DNA of 63,437 bases, the filler included, from Reclinomonas americana ATCC 50394 (taxonomy: Eukaryota), in the NCBI GenBank assembly GCA_048213135.1. It is 16 parts of 16 records of this genome, joined end to end, with 100 filler letters (N's around TTAATTAATTAA, not from the genome) between each part and the next. Parts side by side here need not be neighbours in the genome. Positions count along the whole stretch, not along the records: positions 1 to 11,100 come from AFZH01018453.1; positions 11,201 to 17,948 come from AFZH01018457.1; 14 more parts are not named here. One strand, written 5' to 3'. Under the pieces are notes generated by a model. It made no database searches, had not been told where the DNA came from, and saw only the letters and a program-made list of their open reading frames with translations. Positions 1 to 12,180 of the stretch are shown here, in pieces (within the stretch, counting starts at the first letter, position 1; each line of letters opens with the position of its first letter). The translations under genes were made by a program, and so were the position numbers.

Positions 1-65
1 CTCTCTCCTTCTCCTCTCTCCCTCTCTACTTCACCCTTTCTTGGTCTCACCTTCCCCCCTCACAG

Positions 66-3000
66 TTCGGCTCCCTCACACAACACGAGCCACGCCTCGG
101 CAAGAAACTCGTCGAACCGCTGACCAATCTCATCAGCACTACTGCCGCCAAGTCACTGCAGTACGAGTGTGTGCGCACGGTGACTCTGGGCATGCATGAG
201 CATGTCGGCATTATGCGACTGGCGGTGGAGAAGCTGAAGGAGTTTGTGGAGGAGCCAGATCAGAACCGTTGCGTACAGGGGTCGAAATCATGATCATGAA
301 TCGCGCCACGTGCTCACCACCACCCTTATTATTACGCAGTCAAGTACCTCGGCTTGCTCGGCATGAGCAATGTGATGGCCCACAACCCCGAGATGCTCTC
401 GGACATGCGTGCGACGGTCTTCAGCTGCCTTGACGACGAGGACATTACGATTCGCCGTCGTGCCCTCGACCTCCTCACGGGCATGGTGCGTGTTTTGATT
501 GCCGATAATTTGTAGCTTTTGCAGTTCCCGTTCATTGTCTCTTGGAGATTCTTCTGTTCTCTCTTTTCTCGCCCTTGTCCTCCCTGCTGGCAGCTGTTCG
601 TCTTCTCTTGTGTTTTCTGTTCTCCTTTCTCTTTCTCTTTTCTCTTTCCTTCTTCCATCTTCCCTCTCCTCTCATTCTCCCCTTCCCTCTTGCTCTCCTC
701 TTATTCTCCCTCTTCTCTCTTGCACTTTCCTCTCCCCCTCTCCCTCTACCTCGTCCTCTCCGTCTCCTCCCCTTCTCCTCTCCATCTCCTCTCCCTCCGC
801 TCTCCCATTTCTCTCCCTCTTCCCTCTCCCCTCCCTCCCCTCTCCCCCTCCCCTCTCTCCCTCCTCTCCCTCACCCCCTTTCCCCTTCGCCCTCCCTCTC
901 ACCTCCTCTCTCCAACCAGGGCTCCAAGCGCACGGTCCGCGAGATGGTCACCCGCCTGATGCGCTACGTGCGCGAGACCACGGAGAACTCCTTCCGCAAC
1001 GACCTCATTGACGCTATTGTCAAGATTTGCTCTTTTGACACGTACAAGGTTTGTGCTAAAACTCATTGCTTCTTTCTACTGCTTGCCGCCTTCTCATGCA
1101 TGCGCACACAGCACATTACCGATTTCCCGTGGTACCTGTCAACCCTCCAACAACTGGTGGAGATTCGCGGCTGCGCCAAGGGTGCACTGATCGCCGGTCA
1201 GCTGCTCGACGTGATGCTGCGCGTGAAGAGTGCTCGCGAGGCTGGGCTCAACGTGATGGTACGTGGTTTTTGAGTTCCCCCTACGATGTGGATGTTCTGT
1301 GTTGACACATGTCCGTCCATCACAGCTGGCCCTCTTGACGTCGCCCGTTTTGGTGGACGAGACACCCGCAGACCGCGACATGTACGAGGTGCTGTATGCG
1401 GCTGCGTGGACGGTGGGCGAGTACGCACAGTTTCGTAATGTCGGGGAGGAAGCGAGAAGTATCATTGCTTGTGGTATTGATTTTGCTCTTTATCGACAGA
1501 CTCCTGCCCGACCTCGTCCGCGCCGTCAACTGCCTCCTCCACGCACGCGTCTCGATGCTGCCGACCAGCACCCAGAGTGTGTACGTGCAGGTACTGTAGT
1601 ACTACTTGTCTTCCCGCCTCGCCCCCGACGGCACGCAGTATCTAAACTCCCTTGTTGTGTGCAGGCTCTCCTCAAGTTGTATGCCGACGCCGTGCGTCGC
1701 AGTCGCGATCCTGAAGCGGTGCGTGGCTGGAATACCTTTCTTTTGAGTGGCTGTCAGGCGCACTCACTCCTTGTCTATCATGCAGGCCGTGTCCGTGGAC
1801 GACGAATTTGGCATCCCCAACGCTGTCGGCACGGCGGGCATTGTCGGCTTTGTGCGCGACCGCATCACCCGCGCGCTCGATCAGTTTTTGGTCAGCTCCG
1901 ACGTTGACGTGCAGGAGCGAGTTGAGTTTTCAGTTGCACTCTGTATTGTGTAAGCAGAGGCTAACGCGCTGCTCCTCCGGGCAGGCCATTTTGTGCAAGC
2001 GCCTCGTCGATCACGACGACGGTGCCACGGATTTGTCCAGCGAGATCACCGTTCTTTTTGATCAGGAGTTGAAGCCGGTGGCTCCGCGAGTTTCGTCTCT
2101 CTTATTACCTGCGTACTATGGTGCCCTCCATAACTGACTCGTTTGATTTTCTGCATGCAGGCGCAGAAGAAGGTGCCGGTGCCCGAAGGCCTCGACCTGG
2201 ATCGCGCGTTTTACGACGAGCCAGAGTCGGACGACGAGGAGGAGGACGACGATGACAGCACCGTGAACATGGGCTACGACGAGGGCTCGGAGCGCGTGCA
2301 CACCCCAACGGTAATGCTGTGTGCGTGGTTTTTGCTCTCTGCGTTTCACCTGTCTGACAAGATCGGGGCAGGGCGGTGACGAGGATTCGTCCAAGGGTCG
2401 TCGTGGCAAGGGTTCCTCTTCGGGAGGCGCGCCGCGTCAACCCGATCCGTCGCGCTCCATGTTCTACCTGCCGGGAGCCAAGGCCACGGGTGATGCTGCG
2501 GCGGCCGGTGGTGTCGGGGGCGATCTCATTGACGTCAGCGAGATTCCAGAGCAGCGGATCTCGTTGGACGATATTGGTGGTGAGTGGGGAAAAGTGGGGA
2601 AGGAGGTGGATGGAGGCAAAGGAAGTGGGGAGCCAAAGGAGTGGGGTGAGACAAAGGGAGTAGGAAATGGGGAAGGAATTGGTTGAGGCAAAGGGAGTGG
2701 GGAGAGGCAAAGGGAGTGGGGAGTGCAAATAGTGTGAGTGAAGCATCGCACATTGTGTGATGTGGATTGTCGGAACTAGTGACTGGCTCAGCAAAGTGTG
2801 TTTGCACAGCGTAGTGAGTGAGGAGCATTGCCTGTGTGGGATGAAGAGAGCGAGTGGAATCGGGGCATTAGTGGTTCATCGACATGAGTGATGCAGTTCA
2901 CGAACTGAGTGTTATGGATAAGCGAGGAGTGTTGTGGCTGAGGAGGGACGAGGCAGTTCTATGAGTGGCACAGCGAAGTGACCGCCCTTGCACAACGAAG

Positions 3001-4798
3001 TGATTGAGGAGCATTGCCTGTTGTGTGACATAGACATGCGTGGTCAATTGAAGTTGGTTGAGACAGTGCATGGAGAGGGGTGAGGCAGAGCGAAGTGAGT
3101 GGTGTGGCTGAGTCGTGGAAACTTACGGGGAGGGGTGCGGCTCAGCGAAGTGAGCGGTGTGAATTGCTGTTGTGATCTAATCCTCTTCTCGCCTCTCTCC
3201 TCCGCACAGCAGACGATTCAAAGAAGAAGAAGTCACACCACTCGTCGCGACACGGTTCGTCGCGCCGCCACCGCTCGAAGCGTGACAAGACTCCGTCGCC
3301 CGTTGTCGATATTGAACGCGACGAGGATTTGCCGCCGGGTGCAGTTGCGTTTGGCCTTTCTCGACTCGCATTGTCCTCATCTTGCGATCTAACTCTGTGT
3401 GTTCACGGCGCACAGGCGGACGGTTCGGACAGCCCCGACGAGGATCCCGACGATCCGTTGGCGGGCGTCGATTTGCTGAAGCCGGTGTCCAAGTCGGAGC
3501 GCCTGCCCGAGGTCAAGGAGGTCTGTACTCGCTGCCAGATTGCGAACAGTGACTTGTGTCGAGCTCACGCTTCCTTTTGCGTCGCACGCAGTACAAGCGC
3601 GTGGATGCCGCGGCTCTGTTGGCCAGCCAGGCAGCCGCTGCCGCTGCCGCGAGCAAGTCGTCGTCGTCGTCGCGTCACTCGTCATCAGTGCGTTCATTTC
3701 CGTGTGTGTCTATCTCATCGTCGCAGTGCCACTTACCTCGTTGTGGCTACCATTGCAGCGCCGCGACAAGAGCGAGGGCGAAAAGTCGGAGCGCTCTCAC
3801 CGGCATCACAAGTCATCCTCGTCGCACCGCGACAAGGGCGAGAAGAGCGATCGCAGTGAACGACGGGAGCGCGGCGAGAAGTCATCGTCTCGCAAGTCTA
3901 GCAGCCGGAGGGAAGGTACTCGATGCACATTATTCGTGTCATGCTGCCACCGGTGTAGTGCTCATAGGCATTGCGCGCAGGTTCAGACAAGGCCGAAAGC
4001 ACTCAGCCGACGGCGACGTCACCGACCGCAGCCTCCAAGGTGAGAGAGCATGCAAATGGAATCCTTTCCCCTTCCGTCGCTCATCTCTTGCCGCAGGACT
4101 TCCTCGACGACCTCCTGGGTGGTGCGGTGTCGACGGGTGTCAGCAAGGCAGCGCCGTCAGCTGCCTCCGCCGCCCCTGCGCCGTCATCGGACCCACTCGA
4201 TTTCCTGATGGGCTCGAAGAAGGCCGTGGATCCGTTTGATGTGTTTGCCGCCATGGTGCGTACGCACCGTGCTCGCCAGCAAGAGCGCATGATGCTTACA
4301 GTGTGTGTGTGTACAGCCTGCCAGCGCAGATGGAGCTGCTGCGGCAGCGGCGCCAGCAGCATCGTCGTCGAAGAAGTCGTCCGATGTGGAGAGTGGCGAG
4401 CGGTCAAGCAAGAGGGACAAGGACAAGGATCGTGATCGTGATCGTGATCGTGATCGCAAGTCTTCGTCGCGTCATCGCAGCGGCGAGTCGTCGTCCTCGT
4501 CACGGCACCGTCGCCGCGGAAGCGACGATGAGGAGGAGGAGAGCAGTGATGGAGGCAAGGCCGAGCGCAAGTCGTCGTCGCGGCACAAGAGCAGCAGCAG
4601 CCGTCGCAGTGGAGAGGACTCGAAGAAGAGCAGCAGCAGCAGCAACAGATCGCATCATCGCGAGTCATCGTCGTCGTCTGCGAAAGGAGGTTGGTTCTCG
4701 TAGGGAAAAGTGTTTGTGTGATGTGTGCTTGCTGTCTCACGTCGTCGCGATGCGCAGAATCGTCGAAGAAGCCGGCCTCCAACCTGCTTGATTTGTAG
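66..4798 (+). CDS. AP3D1: AP-3 complex subunit delta, multi-exon, 5' end outside window
   Basis: Spliced exons give HEPRLGKKLVEPL, DQNLKYLGLLGM, LDDEDITIRRRALDLL, HITDFPWY, DVDVQERA and PVAPRAQKKVPVPEGLDLD, all characteristic of delta-adaptin. GT-AG junctions checked for frame (268-339, 486-919, 1921-1984, 2090-2160). Last exon 4758-4798 ends NLLDL*. Confidence 0.93.
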
Positions 4799-5993
4799 TG
4801 AGCTCATTTGACTCGCCCTTCCGTGCACCTCTGACGTTGCTGCGATTGACCACTCTTTTGTATGATCGCAAGTGAATGTGTGTGCAATAAGGGAGAAGGA
4901 TGGGAAAGGATGGGAGCGGGGAGGATGCGTGAGTGAGAGAGGAAAAGAGAGTGAGGGCATTTGTCAGATGCAACAGGAGAAGGAGAGTGACGATGTGATT
5001 GAAGGCGGAACGCGGGACAGGAAAACACTTCAGAGGTAAGGATAAGTGAGACAATGTAGCGGGGTAGACAGCATGCCAGACAGGCAGGGGAAAGCAAGAG
5101 AGAGAGAGAGAGAGAAAGAGCTTGTGAGCAAATGCGGAACGCAAGAGAGGAAAAGTGAGACTGTGTAGCAGCGAGACAGCATGGCAGACAGCAATGTAAG
5201 ACAGGGGAAAGCAAGAGAGACAGATAAACTGGCAGAAGAAGGCAGGAGAGGGAGAGACAGACAATGTGAGCGAAGGCGGAACGCAGGATAGGAGAACACT
5301 ACAAGTGAGAGAAAAGCAAGTGACATACAGGGGAAAGCAAGAGAGGGAAAGAGGGGGGAGAGACAGGGGGGAAGAGCTGAAGATACGCGGGAGCAGTGAG
5401 TATGTGAGAACGAGCGAATGATAGGAGAAGATCGAGAGAGAAGCAGAGGAACACAGAGAACGAACAAGTCAATGAGTAGGTACGGAATGGCACTGGAGCC
5501 GAGACAACATGAGTTACCGAGGGAGAAGTAGAGAGACTGCTGGATGGGTAAGCGATTGAGCGAAAATCATCTTGATGGTGTTAAGCGAGACGCATGACAC
5601 TGGGCGATACAAGGGCGCGGCGTTCTATCGCCAGGCGGCGGTGGAGGCCTCGCTGACGAGCTCGGAGCGACAGGAGGAGCGCGTTATGCAGTCATGCGCT
5701 CTCGCGACGCTCGCCCGACGCCGAGTTGTCGGCCTTTGCACGCTTGCTGGAGGAGGATCCGCGACAACTGAATCGACCGGAGCAGCTGCGGTTGACGCTG
5801 TACTCGCAGACAGCGCGTTGTGTTTCTTCTTTTCTTCTTTCTCTCCTCATCTTCCTCCTCCTCACCCTTCCCCTCTTTTCCCCTGCGCCCTCTCCCTTCC
5901 CCTCCGCACCTCTCTCCTCCCTCCCTCCACCCACAGGTGCGAAAACAACTATATCTTCATTGGCTTACAGACTATACATTTTCCTTACGACCC

Positions 5994-7066
5994 TTACGAC
6001 TCGCGCACGACCTCCAGCAGCAGCACCTCGCACAGATCGTCGGTGTTGCCGCGAATGGTGACCGTGTCCGAGGAGGTGACGAAGACTCCGTCGCCGGGGT
6101 GCAAAACGACGCTCTCCTCGTCCTGCGCCACCGACACGGTCACCGAGGCCGCCTTGGGGTCGGCCACCTGCAGCGCCGACGCCGTCTCGACGACATGAAT
6201 GTATGCCGCCCGTCCGCGCGCCACCTCATGCTGCACCGACTCGCCGGCCTTGAGCAACGAGGCGAACGCCCAAAAGTCCTGCTCGATCTTGATGGTGCTC
6301 TCGGCGCCGTCGGGCGACAGCAGCGGCAACAGCACGCCGCGCTTCTGCTCGTCGGTCCACACCCGCGTGTCGTACGCCGGCTTCATCGCCGACACACCGG
6401 CGCGCGGCTTGACCCAGATCTGCAAAAAGTGCACCTGCGGATCGGAGCGCTTCTTGCCAGCTGCAGCGAGGGAGGGAGGGAGTGAGAAGAAGAGAGAGGA
6501 CAAGGAGGTGTGTTGCGAAGCGCACCATTGTACTCGCTGTGGGAGATGCCGGTGCCGGCGTTGGTGAACTGGATGCCACCGCGGGGAATGACTTCTTGAT
6601 TGCCCATGGAGTCGCGATGCTCGAGAGCGCCATCGACAACTGCAGATTGTTGAACATGTGAGCTGACAAGTGACACAGAGATGCTGAAGATGACAACACG
6701 CGCTGCGCAACTGTACGACCAGATCTGATAGGTGCGATGGGGGTGTGTGGGGAAGCCCTCGCCGGGCTCCACGTGGTCCTCATTGATCACGCGGAGAGAG
6801 TGGAAGCCTGTGTGACAGAGAACAAGTGAGTCACACACAGAAATCCGACACACTTGCTGCGCCACGCGCTGCGTACCATCGTAGAAGGGCTCCTCGCTCC
6901 AGTGATGCGCAAAGTTAAAGGTCTGTGTGTGTGTGGCATGTGAGTGAGAGACGAGGGAGGGAGAGAGAGAGAGTGAAGAGAGAGACGCAACGTGTCGAGA
7001 GTCGAGGAATCCGTGATGCACACTGTGCAGGCGATCAGCGCTCTTGCGAACAAGAAGGGCAGACAT
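5994..7066 (-). CDS. Pirin-family bicupin (YhhW/quercetinase-like), multi-exon
   Basis: Spliced product contains LDSRHTFNF, LRVINEDHVEPGEGFPTHPHR, GALEHRDSMGN, NAGTGISHSEYN and HFLQIW. An in-frame upstream ATG near 7250 could extend the N-terminus. Confidence 0.92.
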
Positions 7067-8005
7067 GATGCGTGTGTGAGAGAGTGAGTGAGTGCTTGAG
7101 AGAGAGGGAGTGGTTGTGTTGGCTCGAAGAGACAAGATGAAAAACAATGCTGAAAAAATCGGAGTTTTTATCAGGGCGCGGAACGTCCTCGACAGAAAGG
7201 AAGTCTCGCGCACAAATGTCGGACGGAGCTGCTGTTGTGTGGTGGACATGGTGTGTGGGAGGTGTGTTGTGAGTGTGGACATGTGCGGAGGAGGTCCGTG
7301 TGCGTGCGTGGGAGAGAGGGGTGCGAGGGGCGCGCGAGGGGAAGGAGAGTGTTCGGATTTGGGATATTATCATTCGGGGACCAGTATTTGCTCCAGGCAC
7401 ACGCGCTGCAGGAGCTCCCAGCTGTGCAGGTGCGAGATACTTTCCCGTTCATTGGTCTGCGGGCACGGAGATGGTGCAAGCTGCGAGAGGGAAAGAGCGA
7501 TGCGAATTCCGAATTCGAAATATTAATTTGATTGCAGAAAGCTTATGTCCCAAGAGTTGATCGGAGACGTTGCGGATCGCCTATTCTGGAGGGGCTGTAT
7601 CGTAGAGATCATCGACAGGCACGGATTGAATATGTGCAAAGAGAGCGTCGAAGAGAGACAATCAATGTCCATTTCGCGATCGACCCGCGTGACCCGAATT
7701 TGGACCCATCCACGACCTGCGGGTCGCTGCTTTCCCGGACCCCGTAAGTCGGCTCACTTGTTTGCTGTGTAACTGCCATGATGCGTGATGGTGGGAGCGG
7801 CAACGTATCCAATTTTGTCTTGTTGACCAACACAAACATCTCCAGTATCCGATTCCGGAAGATTGAGCGTGCCGTGGAACGACCGCAGGAAACGCACAAT
7901 CCCGACTGGCCAGGATTTGACGAGAACAATCCCGCATCGACGCAGAATGATGCCAGCTGCAGTTCGTTCAATATCATTTGACCTCGCCATCACCTCTCTT
8001 CCTCA

Positions 8006-10126
8006 TCACCCTCTCCTCTCTCTAAACAGCGTCGGCACCTCCACCGCATACTGCTGCACTCTCTTGACAAACTCCGCCAGGATCGAGTCCTCCTTCTCAT
8101 TCCCTGCGCTCCACACTTTCCCGTCCACCAAAAACGGCTGCTCTTGGAACGCGTCAAACTCGTATGGCGATGTGAACCAGTACAGGTGCACTGGCGATGT
8201 CTTGTCACCGCCCATTACGGCCTCCACCACCGCCTTCAACCCAGGCGGAGTCTCGGGTGTTGCACCTGTCGTTATTTCATCCACCACCACCATCTCCTCA
8301 TGCTTGCCATCGTCAACCTTCTTCTTCCTCTCGGATTTCTTGGCCACCAGGCACACACCATGCTGACGATCCACCGTGGCATTGCCAAACCAAAAGTGGT
8401 CATCCCACACACCGTCGGCACGGACAAAGCCGACCATGTCCACCGCCGGGAAGTTGGTGGCCTTGGGCACCCACAGCGCACGTCCCTGCACCGCCACCTT
8501 CTTCAAGCGCAACTGCACCGCGTCACTAATGCTCTCCGTCTTCAGCAGAACGCCTTTCCGCACCGTCAGGCCCTTGACTGGAGTTTGGTGCTTGGTGCCG
8601 GCATCCGCGTGTTTGTCACCGTCACCGCCAGACAGGCGACGACGGCGGAAAGTGCCACCGCGCAGCAGGGCGTGGATTACGTGGCTCTCAAACACGTTGC
8701 CGCGGAACTGGGCCACCTGTGTCGCGCCGCCCGAAGTGGCCAGGAACTTGTGCAGCGCAAGTCGGCAGGTGCTCTCGAAACGATCCATGGCCAGATCGCG
8801 TGCGCGTTTCGAGATGAAATCGAAGCTCACGCACTCAAATCGTCCGCGTTCCAAGTCGACGTCAAATGTCAGCAGATGATGCACGGTGCCGCCGAGGGCG
8901 CGACCAGTGTCCGAGCCGTCAGAAAGGCCCGTGGTGGCCATGGCAGTGTCGAGGTTGAGGAAGAAGTTGTCGTCGATGCGCTGCACGGCCAGTGCCAGCG
9001 AGGATTCGATTAAGTCGGGGAATTGGAGCACCGAACGCGGCACGCCGCCTCCGATTTCATAGAGTTGTGCGACTCGCTCGGCAGGGAGGTGGGGAAACGC
9101 AGTGGCGCGCAGCTGCTGCAGCTCCTCCAGCGTGTGGGCGGGAAAGTACTTGCGCTGGGTATCGGGCAGGTTGAGAAATTCCTTGAAGCGGCTCATGTCG
9201 GGGGAGGCCACCAGCACAGTGGCCAGGGGTATCTCGGTTGGCACGACGCTGTCGCAAATGTACACCCCGTCAGGATGATACACGCTCCATGCAGTTGGAT
9301 TCAGAACTTGACTAACGCCCGTGTTGGTGAAAGCCAGTGGTGCCTTGTTGAGGCGATGGTACAGCACAGGGCGTCCCTCCTTGCGCACGCGGTAGAGCAG
9401 ATAGAGGCCAAACGCAGACTTGCCAATGCCCGGCGTGCCGGTGACCATCCAGTTCGACGGCAAACCAGCGGCGATAGCCTCCTTAACGGGCGGGAGCTTG
9501 TGCAGCACGTCGCGGAAGAAGCGATCGTAGAACGAACGCACAAACAGCACTGGTGACCGCAAGAACAACCAACTGGCGCCATTGGTGAGGGTGATAGTGG
9601 TGCCGGAGTCTGCAGCAGTGGCCAGGCCAGCGTGGAGGTGCTGTGCGAAACTATCGGCTGGCGGCACTGCGTGAGATGGGTGTGAGACCTGATGGTGATC
9701 GAAAGTGAGCGAGAGTGGTGTACCAATGGACTGGCCCAGCAACATGTTCTCCTTGTCACGCAGTTGCTTTAGCGTATCACGCAGGTACTGAGCGTGCGCC
9801 TCCGATGGCACACGTGAAGATGACAACTCGGCGGCGAGCGCCTTGATTTCTGCCTGCACATCCACAATGCGCTGCTCCACAATGGCCAAGTTGCTTGACA
9901 CGCTTTCTCCTGTGGCAGAGAGACACGCGCACAGGGAGATGAGTGTGGGTTGATGATGATAACAGCTGGCTGAGGGGGTTGCGAGAGAGAGAGTGTGTGT
10001 GTGTGTGTGTATGTGTGTCTGGGTACCTGAGAGAAGACGCCGTTGGAATGTCAGGCCGTAACGTGGCAGTAGTGCCAGGTTTGTAATGGTGCTCCCGCGG
10101 CCCAGGGAGAGGTGACGGAGGAGCAT
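8006..10126 (-). CDS. Crinkler/RHS-type protein: helical header + P-loop NTPase + restriction-endonuclease-like domain
   Basis: Motifs LFVRSFY, Walker A GTPGIGKS, VYICDS, TVLVASPD, GGVPR, GNVFE, PKATNFPAVD and NATVDRQH. Two in-frame GT-AG introns at 10026-9910 and 9723-9658; ATG at 10126. Confidence 0.82.
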   Translation of the reverse strand: MLLRHLSLGRGSTITNLALLPRYGLTFQRRLLSGTQTHIHTHTHTLSLATPSASCYHHQPTLISLCACLSATGESVSSNLAIVEQRIVDVQAEIKALAAELSSSRVPSEAHAQYLRDTLKQLRDKENMLLGQSIGTPLSLTFDHHQVSHPSHAVPPADSFAQHLHAGLATAADSGTTITLTNGASWLFLRSPVLFVRSFYDRFFRDVLHKLPPVKEAIAAGLPSNWMVTGTPGIGKSAFGLYLLYRVRKEGRPVLYHRLNKAPLAFTNTGVSQVLNPTAWSVYHPDGVYICDSVVPTEIPLATVLVASPDMSRFKEFLNLPDTQRKYFPAHTLEELQQLRATAFPHLPAERVAQLYEIGGGVPRSVLQFPDLIESSLALAVQRIDDNFFLNLDTAMATTGLSDGSDTGRALGGTVHHLLTFDVDLERGRFECVSFDFISKRARDLAMDRFESTCRLALHKFLATSGGATQVAQFRGNVFESHVIHALLRGGTFRRRRLSGGDGDKHADAGTKHQTPVKGLTVRKGVLLKTESISDAVQLRLKKVAVQGRALWVPKATNFPAVDMVGFVRADGVWDDHFWFGNATVDRQHGVCLVAKKSERKKKVDDGKHEEMVVVDEITTGATPETPPGLKAVVEAVMGGDKTSPVHLYWFTSPYEFDAFQEQPFLVDGKVWSAGNEKEDSILAEFVKRVQQYAVEVPTLFRERRG

Positions 10127-11100
10127 GGTGCAGTGGTGTGGTGGGAATCTCAATTTCACTGTAGGAGGGGGGCACGCGGGACTAGGGGTGCTGGGGTACA
10201 CTACTTTTTTCCCCCCTGGGTTCGGGGTACAGACGGTCGGGAAAAGTAGGGTACGGGGTGCAATTAGTGCCAGCAGCTGGGGTACAGCCGTACCCCAAGT
10301 TTGTGGTCGACGTCGACGTCGACTCTTGAACTGCAGCTGCATGTCGACCTGGTGATGCTCTCGACTCTGCACAGTCCAAAGCAACATAGCAACGACCGAA
10401 TAAACCGTGTCGTGCGTTGTGCTGACTTGGCGCGCACTCTGCAGCGCACTGTGCAGTCGCGATATCGATAGACGTCGACCGCGCGCGTGATATGCAAAGG
10501 TGCGAGTTGTACGAACAAGATTGGTGGCTGGTTTTGCTGAATTTGCATTGCCGAGTTTTTTTCTTCCACCGAGTGCAGCTGTACCACATGCGTTTCAGTG
10601 CCACTTGAAAGTCTACCGCGCGCTGCACAATGGTCAGCATCTACCGGGATGTGTTACACAACGTTGCGCACGACTTGCAGACTTTTCAGCTTCTGGTTCA
10701 TGATCATTTATGAATGGTCACATTGAGCATGATATCTCTGGATGAAGACGCGATCTACAGTTACCTCCGTGTCGTCTGCCGGCCACCGCGCCCTCCGCCA
10801 GTGGTGCATTCGTGTACCAACGGCATCTGACGTACGAGCAGTGTCGACGCAGCATTGAGCGACAAAAATATTCACAGCCGATGCACACAACTGCGCAAAA
10901 CTGCGCGCACACCGCCGAGGAGTCGCGCTGCGCGCGCCTCAACACTCACGGTCACATAAGACAGCCTTCCAGCTGAGGGCGTCATTGTCATCCGAGAGAA
11001 AGCACAGCAAAGAGACATGCAACAAGGATCTGCAAGCCTGCGTACACGCGCCCACACTCACTGCATGCAAGCGCACCCTAGATCTGCCTCACTCTCCGCC

Positions 11101-11200
11101 NNNNNNNNNNNNNNNNNNNNNNNNNNNNNNNNNNNNNNNNNNNNTTAATTAATTAANNNNNNNNNNNNNNNNNNNNNNNNNNNNNNNNNNNNNNNNNNNN
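11101..11200. other. Artificial linker N44-TTAATTAATTAA-N44 (first of 15)
   Basis: Same 100-nt block starts at 17949, 23496, 27758, 31682, 35996, 41086, 44879, 46172, 47855, 49343, 50780, 52519, 58885 and 61502. It carries stops in all six frames. Confidence 0.99.
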
Positions 11201-11559
11201 AGGGGGGGAAGAAGGAGAGAGAAGGAGAGACGGAGGGAAAGAGGACAGAGCCGAGAGATGAGAGAGAAAGAGATAGTGACTGAGGCGGAGACAGACAGAC
11301 AGACAGACATGGAGTGAGGGCATTGTGTGTGGCTTTGAGGACTGAATGCTGCAGCGTTCGTGACAGCACGGAGAGAAGAACGAGTCAGGTTGTTTGCACG
11401 GTTACTCTCTCACACACAGTCTGTGGCTCTCTCTCTCTCTCTCTCTCTCTGCAGCTCTCCATCTCTTTCCCTGTCTTATGTGTGTGCGTATGTGTCTCTC
11501 TCCCTGTCGTTCTCTTTGCAGCACTCTCACTCTCTGATGATGTCTGCTGCTCTCTCTCA

Positions 11560-11930
11560 CGCAAACTCTTTCACTTGGAGTGCCAGACAAGCTGCTCTCA
11601 TTCTCACTGAGTCTCTGGCTCATCCTTCATGACTTCTGTTTTTAGCTCTTGGCTCTCATCGTGTCTGACCCTATCTCTTTCTATCTCTCTTCCTCTCTCT
11701 CTCTCTCACAAACTCATTCACTTGGAGTGCCATACAAGCTGCTCTTATTCTCATCGAGTCTCTGGCTAATCCTTCATGACTTTTGTTTTGAGCTCTGCTC
11801 TCATCGTGTCTGCTGCTTGTCTCCCTCTCTCTCTCCTTCTTCTCTCCCCCAAATCGCTCACATTGAGTGCCCGCGAAGCTGCTCTCATTCTCACCGAGTC
11901 CGCGGCTCATCCTTCATTTCTTCTGTCTTT
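11560..11930 (+). repeat. Three diverged ~150-bp tandem copies, probably intronic
   Basis: Recurrent gagtgcc...aagctgctctcattctca...ggctcatccttcat near 11575, 11720 and 11865. Confidence 0.7.
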
Positions 11931-12180
11931 GCAGCCTTCATATTTTGCTCTCTCTCTCTCTGCGCGCTCGTGTGTTTGGCAGAGAAAGTGGGTGGAAGTC
12001 GCAGAGACAAACTTGGAGTATTATGTCGCCCTCTGTTGTGCTGTACTGGGAAAGCTAGCAGAGGTTGAGATGCCTGTGTGTCGGCGACAAATAGTATCAT
12101 CGCGAATTAGTTCACTTGGGGCAGACGCACCTCCGCAGCAATCTATCTCATTGTCTCTTTGCTCTCTCTCCTCCCCGCAG

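Noticed and set aside
499..1011. Many long Leu/Ser/Pro or Arg/Glu/Gly ORFs in the ORF track
   Set aside because: They are translations of CT/GA-rich introns and microsatellites (also 22825-23551, 34704-35768, 62621-63277).
5600..5990. Possible plus-strand exons between AP-3 delta and pirin
   Set aside because: Coding-like composition, but no consistent start, frame or recognisable motif.
7500..7990. Short ORFs between pirin and the Crinkler gene
   Set aside because: No recognisable homology or splice structure.
11145..11156. Recurrent TTAATTAATTAA as a biological motif
   Set aside because: Always centred in identical N blocks; it is an artificial linker.
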